Assembly: GCA_964498785.1 (NCBI GenBank)
Contig: CAZCJL010000002.1
Coordinates: 40,919-104,918, forward strand
Direction of reading: 5' to 3'
Origin: an uncultured Cytophagia bacterium
Lineage (GTDB): Bacteria > Zhuqueibacterota > Zhuqueibacteria > Thermofontimicrobiales > Thiofontviventaceae
Length of the DNA stretch: 64,000 nt
Shown: positions 59,072-64,000 of the stretch, in pieces
Numbering within the stretch: position 1 is the first letter of the stretch
How the letters are laid out: every line of letters starts with the position of its first letter
The notes under the pieces: generated by a model
The model's database searches: none
What the model saw: only the letters and a program-made list of their open reading frames with translations
What the model was told of the DNA's origin: nothing
Position numbers and translations under genes: made by a program

Positions 59072-60067
59072 ATGCGTGCACGAATTACAGGAACCGGTTT
59101 TTATGTGCCGGATAAGGTTGTCACAAATTTTGATCTTGAAAAATTGATGGATACCAGTGATGAGTGGATTCGAGAACGATCTGGTATCATAGAAAGGCGA
59201 TTTGTTGATAGTGAAATCGGAAGTTCTGGACTTGGTGCAGAAGCAGCAAAAAAAGCATTGGATAAAGCAAATTGCCAGCCTGCGGATATTGACTTTATTA
59301 TTTTCGCGACTCTCAGCCCGGATTATTTTTTTCCCGGCTCTGGTGTGTTTTTGCAGGAAAGACTTGGTATTAAAGATATTGGTGCGTTAGATATTCGCAA
59401 TCAGTGTACCGGTTTTATTTATGGGTTATCAATCGCAGATCAATATATTAAATCTGGGATGTATAAGCGAATTTTAGTCGTGGGCGCAGAAATTCATTCC
59501 ACAGGATTGGATATGTCCAACAGCGGCCGGGATGTTGCGGTTCTATTTGGGGATGGCGCCGGCGCTGTTGTTGTTGAGCCCAGCGATGATGATGAATATG
59601 GCGTTTTATCCACACATTTACACGCCGATGGTCGATTTGCAAAAGAATTGTGCTGTGGAGATCCGGGAAGCCTGAAAAACCCTCGCTTAAGTGCTGAAAT
59701 GATTGCAAATGGTTCAGTTTATCCCTACATGAATGGGCGGCAGGTGTTTAAACATGCTGTCGTAAAATTTTGTGGCGCAATCCAGGAATGTCTGAATATG
59801 AATAATGTTACACCGGACCACGTTAAACTTGTTATTCCGCATCAGGCGAATTTAAGAATTACCGAGGCTGTGGCGCAGCGATTTGGTTGGAAAGTCCATG
59901 AACAGGTGTTCAGTAATATCCATAAATATGGAAACACGACTGCCGCTTCCATCCCGATTGCTATTGATGAAGCAATCACAGAAGGCAAAATAAATCGCGG
60001 GGACTATGTTGTTTTAGTCGCATTTGGCTCTGGCTTTACATGGGCCTCCGCATTAATTCGATGGTAA
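59072..60067 (+). CDS. fabH: 3-oxoacyl-ACP synthase III
   Basis: N-terminal ITGTGFYVPDKVVTNFDLEKLMDTSDEWIRERSGI, active-site Cys region NQCTGF, and His/Asn motifs (IPHQAN, GNTTAAS). Confidence 0.9.
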   Translation: MRARITGTGFYVPDKVVTNFDLEKLMDTSDEWIRERSGIIERRFVDSEIGSSGLGAEAAKKALDKANCQPADIDFIIFATLSPDYFFPGSGVFLQERLGIKDIGALDIRNQCTGFIYGLSIADQYIKSGMYKRILVVGAEIHSTGLDMSNSGRDVAVLFGDGAGAVVVEPSDDDEYGVLSTHLHADGRFAKELCCGDPGSLKNPRLSAEMIANGSVYPYMNGRQVFKHAVVKFCGAIQECLNMNNVTPDHVKLVIPHQANLRITEAVAQRFGWKVHEQVFSNIHKYGNTTAASIPIAIDEAITEGKINRGDYVVLVAFGSGFTWASALIRW

Positions 60068-60089
60068 ATTTTATCTTGGGGGATTCAAT

Positions 60090-61583
60090 ATGAAAAAAAA
60101 TCTATTAAAAATCGGAATTATTTTAAGCGCTTTAATATTCACGTATGGTTGTGCGCCAAAAGCAATTAAAAAACAAATTGTTTCTCCGGTTGAAAAATTG
60201 GCGCAACAAATTGACGTGCAAATTAATGAACCAGAATTTGAATCTGCATTTATTGGCATCGCTGTTCAATCTATGGAAACAGGTGAGATTCTTTTTCAGC
60301 ATAATGCCAACAAATTGCTGATGCCTGCTTCCAATGAAAAAATACCCACGAGTGCAACAGCCCTGATAAAATTTGGTCCGGAATTTACGTTTAAAACCAC
60401 ATTATATGCTTCCGGCGAAATTCAGGATAGTGTGTTAGTTGGAAATTTGATTGTTGTCGGCGGTGGAGATCCAACGATTGGTTATCAGAACTGTGAAGAG
60501 CCAGACTCCTGTTATATCTTTGAATCCTGGGCCAATGCGTTAAAAGCAAAAGGCATCAAAAAGATTGAGGGTGATTTAATCGGTGTGGATGACGTTTTTG
60601 ATGACGAGTTGATCGGTTATGGCTGGACATACGACAATTTGAGCTATTCATACTCGGCCCAAATCAATGGCTTGATATTCAATCAGAATTGGGCAAAAGT
60701 CATGTATGAAACGGATTCCACAACAGGTAAACTATTATCTTCCGTTTCTCCTGATGTGAGCTATGTTCAGCTATTCCCGGATATCGAAATTGTCGAAGAT
60801 CCAGGTGAGAAAACCAGGATTGATTTTCATCGTTTTGAACATTCAAACGATGTTGTTTTTGGCGGGACGTTGAAATCCGGTGATATTTATTCGCGGAGAA
60901 TATCGGTGCATAATCCCACGTTATATTTTCTGCGTGGATTTCGTCGGGAATTGGAAAATTTTGGTATCCATGTCAGTGGCGAAGAAATTGATTCCGATGA
61001 TCTCGATTCGCTGACCATTAATGACGATGATTTGATTTATACGCACGAATCCCCTCCTTTCGCAGAAATTATGAAAACATTAATGAAGGAATCCAACAAC
61101 TTATATGCCGAGAGTCTTGTCAAACTACTGGGATATCATTTCGGGAGCGAAGGTTCTTTTGAGGAAGGGGAAAAAATTATTAAAAGCACGCTACGCAGGT
61201 TTGGGCTGGCTGAGGATTCGTATCGATATGAAGATGGCTCCGGTTTGTGCCGGTATAATTATATTTCTCCGAACCATATCATAAAAATATTACGGGGCAT
61301 GCATTACCATAAATACGGCGAAGTGTTTAAAAATAGCCTGCCCATTGCTGGTGTGGACGGAACAATTGGTTATCGTATGAAGGGCACTGTGGCAGAGGGC
61401 AGAATTTCTGCGAAGACAGGAACAATTTCCAGTGTCCGATGTTTGTCAGGATATGCAATGACACAGGACGATGAAGTGCTGGCATTCTCTGTTTTGGTCA
61501 ATAATTATCTCTGCAGCGTTCACGTGGTGATGGATATGCAGGATCGAATTTGTATGCTGTTATCGTCATTTAGCCGGAATTAG
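60090..61583 (+). CDS. dacB: D-alanyl-D-alanine carboxypeptidase/endopeptidase (PBP4, S13 family)
   Basis: SXXK (PASNEK), SXN (SGL..YNYISPN region) and KTG (KTGTISSV) motifs. Lipoprotein-like signal LIFTYGC. Confidence 0.8.
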   Translation: MKKNLLKIGIILSALIFTYGCAPKAIKKQIVSPVEKLAQQIDVQINEPEFESAFIGIAVQSMETGEILFQHNANKLLMPASNEKIPTSATALIKFGPEFTFKTTLYASGEIQDSVLVGNLIVVGGGDPTIGYQNCEEPDSCYIFESWANALKAKGIKKIEGDLIGVDDVFDDELIGYGWTYDNLSYSYSAQINGLIFNQNWAKVMYETDSTTGKLLSSVSPDVSYVQLFPDIEIVEDPGEKTRIDFHRFEHSNDVVFGGTLKSGDIYSRRISVHNPTLYFLRGFRRELENFGIHVSGEEIDSDDLDSLTINDDDLIYTHESPPFAEIMKTLMKESNNLYAESLVKLLGYHFGSEGSFEEGEKIIKSTLRRFGLAEDSYRYEDGSGLCRYNYISPNHIIKILRGMHYHKYGEVFKNSLPIAGVDGTIGYRMKGTVAEGRISAKTGTISSVRCLSGYAMTQDDEVLAFSVLVNNYLCSVHVVMDMQDRICMLLSSFSRN

Positions 61584-61587
61584 CATG

Positions 61588-62481
61588 TCATTCAACAGGT
61601 TTTTGATCTGAAATTTGATTGAGGCGGTCCTGTGTCAGCTCGCAATATGTTTGGTTGATGTCAAAGCCTATATATTTGCGGCTATTCAACGCTGCGGCAA
61701 CACAGGTCGAGCCAGAGCCAACAAACGGATCGAGAATGACATCATCAACATAAGAATAAAGGCGGATCACCCGCTCGGCAAGTTCGACTGGAAAGGGCGC
61801 CGGATGGCCGACCCGCTTCGCTGACTCCGGGGCAATATTCCAGACAGATAATGTTGCTTCCATAAACTCGTCGCGGCTGATGTCGGAATTTCCCTTATCT
61901 GGTCGTGTAAAACTTTGCTTGGCAAATACAAGAAGGTATTCATGAAGGTCCCGTAATCTCGGGGCCTTCGCACTTTTCCAGCTACCCCAGGCACAGCTTC
62001 CGGTGGCTCCTTTTGCTTTCTGCCAGATAATTTCACCCATTGGCAGGTATCCCACTTTCATAAATAATCCGTAAAATAGTGCATGCATTGGCAAATACGG
62101 TTTTCGACCCAGATTGGCAATATTTATAACATAGCGTCCACCAGGGCGTAGAACGCGATGGACCTCCTTGCACACATTTTCAATCAATAATAAATATTCC
62201 TGTAATTCCAAATCACTGTCGTAATCTTTACCAACATTATACGGAGGAGAAGTAAACGCTAATGCAACTGAATTGGATGGGATATTTTTCATGTCTTCGG
62301 ATGATTGACAGTAGATTTGATTTTCCCATCCTGTCGGTTTCGGGATATCTGTTTTGGATAATTGAGCAGGAGATTCTGGCCTGGAAAAAAGTTGTTTGTA
62401 AAGATTCCTGTTGTAAAACAGTGAAGAATCATGGGCTTCCCGTTTTCCGGTTCCAAAAGAGGATGTTTTGGTTTTTTTCAT
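61588..62481 (-). CDS. Beta-class DNA N6-adenine/N4-cytosine methyltransferase (ParB-less, solitary)
   Basis: Motif IV FTSPPY near the N-terminus and motif [16 protein letters not shown] near the C-terminus, which is the circular permutation typical of beta-class amino-MTases. No restriction-endonuclease gene is adjacent. Confidence 0.85.
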   Translation of the reverse strand: MKKTKTSSFGTGKREAHDSSLFYNRNLYKQLFSRPESPAQLSKTDIPKPTGWENQIYCQSSEDMKNIPSNSVALAFTSPPYNVGKDYDSDLELQEYLLLIENVCKEVHRVLRPGGRYVINIANLGRKPYLPMHALFYGLFMKVGYLPMGEIIWQKAKGATGSCAWGSWKSAKAPRLRDLHEYLLVFAKQSFTRPDKGNSDISRDEFMEATLSVWNIAPESAKRVGHPAPFPVELAERVIRLYSYVDDVILDPFVGSGSTCVAAALNSRKYIGFDINQTYCELTQDRLNQISDQKPVE

Positions 62482-62577
62482 TTTTAGAAATTTTTATGAT
62501 TATTGAATATCTACGATTGTCAAACTTTTCAAAGATAGCATTTTCGAGCGAAAATGTCAATTAAAAGTTTTTAAAAT

Positions 62578-63177
62578 TCAGTTGTTTTGTAGCCAGGTAA
62601 TGAGCTCCTGAACTTTGATTCTCAAGTCTTCGATAGTACTATCATTATTTATCACATAATCCGCGCGCGCAATTTTTTCCTGCACCGGAAGTTGAGATGA
62701 AATGCGCTCCTCAATCTGTTGCTCACTCAAATGATCGCGCTCTTTTAGTCTGGCAATTACGTTATCATAAGGAGCATGCACCACAATGATATAATCAAAT
62801 TGATTTTCTGACCCAGCTTCAAAAATAAGTGCAGCTTCCACACCGGCGATATCCACGGCGCCCCTTTTTTCAAGGTCATTCAGCATCGCCTGCTGACGAT
62901 TCAATACATGTGGGTGAATAATTGAATTTATTTTCCGACGGGCTTGTTCATCTCTGAAAATGATTTGAGCGACTTTCTCACGATTAAGCTGGCCCTGTTT
63001 ATCATAAATATCTGCCCCAAATTCAGACATTAGTTTTTTTTTGATAACCGCGCTTGTATTCACAAGCTCTTTCGCTATTTTATCGGCGCTGATTATGATG
63101 ATTCCATTTTCACTCAAAAACTTCGCAACTAAAGTCTTCCCACTTCCAATTCCGCCGGTCAATCCAATTCTTTGCAT
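62578..63177 (-). CDS. coaE: Dephospho-CoA kinase
   Basis: P-loop IGLTGGIGSGKT at the N-terminus. About 200 aa. Confidence 0.9.
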   Translation of the reverse strand: MQRIGLTGGIGSGKTLVAKFLSENGIIIISADKIAKELVNTSAVIKKKLMSEFGADIYDKQGQLNREKVAQIIFRDEQARRKINSIIHPHVLNRQQAMLNDLEKRGAVDIAGVEAALIFEAGSENQFDYIIVVHAPYDNVIARLKERDHLSEQQIEERISSQLPVQEKIARADYVINNDSTIEDLRIKVQELITWLQNN

Positions 63178-63192
63178 TCAGCAACCTCATTA

Positions 63193-64000
63193 TTAACGTA
63201 CAATCGCGAATTTACCGATTTTGTTCTGAGTCCCATAAGATATGTAAAAAATATAAATCCCTGCGCTTACAAGACGACCGTTTTTATCTTTTAAATCCCA
63301 TTCTGCCGTCCCATCACCATTATTTTCGATGATTTGCCGAATAACGTGTCCCCCGGAATTCAGTATTTTTATTGTTGCTTCTCGTGTTACGTTTGCAAAT
63401 GAAATATAATTCGCCTCAGCAGCCTGACACGGATTTGGGTAAACAAAGACATCGGATAAGTTTTCTTTAATAAAATTAAAAGATGCCTGATCTCCCTGAC
63501 CGGTAACAATTGGAGTACCGTGTGTGTTTTTTATATTTCGAACGGTGATTGTGTAGATTCTGCCAATCGAATTAATAGAATGCCGGTCATCTAATTGTAA
63601 AATTACAGCGCTACTATCGTTTCCATGAAAACGAATGCCCCGAATTTCGATGAAAGGATTTAAAACGTAATTTCCAATATCGAGTGTGGATTGCCGGTCC
63701 AGTCGCTGGTTAAAATAGAGTATTATATGAAATTCATCGCTAAATTCTGCTCGTAGAAGATACGGGGCTGGAATATTTTCTGATATTTCAAATGAAATGC
63801 TATTTTTTGTGGTATCTAGTGGCGTATTATCCGCATCAAAGACATCATGCACAACAACAAAATAGGAGCCAGGTAATAGTGTAGTGGTTTTAGCTGTCAA
63901 AATGACATCCTGCATTGATTTTGCCGTGATCACAGAGACCGGGTTGCCAATATCGTTACTAAATAAATAATGTGTCGGATTTTTAATGCTAAAATTCATT
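63193..64000 (-). CDS. T9SS C-terminal-sorting-domain protein, C-terminal part only (the 5' end lies beyond the window)
   Basis: The C-terminus VFVYPNPCQ....IKILNSGGHVI.....SAGIYIFYI......KFAIVR is a type-A T9SS CTD. The reading frame stays open to the window edge. Confidence 0.6.
   Translation of the reverse strand, partial: MNFSIKNPTHYLFSNDIGNPVSVITAKSMQDVILTAKTTTLLPGSYFVVVHDVFDADNTPLDTTKNSISFEISENIPAPYLLRAEFSDEFHIILYFNQRLDRQSTLDIGNYVLNPFIEIRGIRFHGNDSSAVILQLDDRHSINSIGRIYTITVRNIKNTHGTPIVTGQGDQASFNFIKENLSDVFVYPNPCQAAEANYISFANVTREATIKILNSGGHVIRQIIENNGDGTAEWDLKDKNGRLVSAGIYIFYISYGTQNKIGKFAIVR

Overview
This 64 kb window is an AT-rich chromosomal segment from a Gram-negative bacterium and is mostly ordinary housekeeping and cell-envelope content. 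It probably belongs to the FCB group (Ignavibacteria-like or Bacteroidota-like). The evidence is that three secreted proteins end in type-IX-secretion C-terminal sorting domains and there are two NtrC-type regulators, yet the promoters I can read are canonical sigma-70 TTGACA-17-TATAAT, which argues against Bacteroidia. About 60 CDS are called.

Identifiable genes include prmA, trxB, a lipid A cluster (lpxB, a Gfo/Idh/MocA oxidoreductase, a DUF374 acyltransferase, lpxK) and a five-gene TolC-MacA-MacB efflux operon with two FtsX permeases. Also present are an OPT transporter, a rhomboid protease, a ferredoxin, a penicillin-acylase-family Ntn hydrolase, a YhaM-like OB/HD exonuclease, a gamma-glutamyltransferase, an S46 dipeptidyl peptidase, an FHA-GGDEF cyclase, fabH, a PBP4-type DD-peptidase, a solitary SPPY DNA methyltransferase and coaE.

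An unmistakable tmRNA (ssrA) lies at 11926-12287 with the tag ADNYAYAMAA. No integrase or genomic island follows it. I found no CRISPR array, no tRNA and no rRNA.

The most unusual sequence-level signals are:
- A family of REP/BIME-like palindromic repeats in two intergenic gaps (24459-24506 and 52364-52464). A solitary IS200-like Y1 (RAYT-type) transposase gene sits in the same window at 46690-47127.
- A 170-nt intergenic element with three nested helices at 35162-35332 that looks like an unclassified structured RNA.
- A gamma-glutamyltransferase homolog whose catalytic Thr-Thr-His motif reads Ala-Ser-His.
- A degenerate, probably ATPase-dead, NtrC-like regulator next to a candidate -24/-12 promoter.

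I could not identify a complete novel multi-gene system such as a defense island. The candidates above are the places I would look first.
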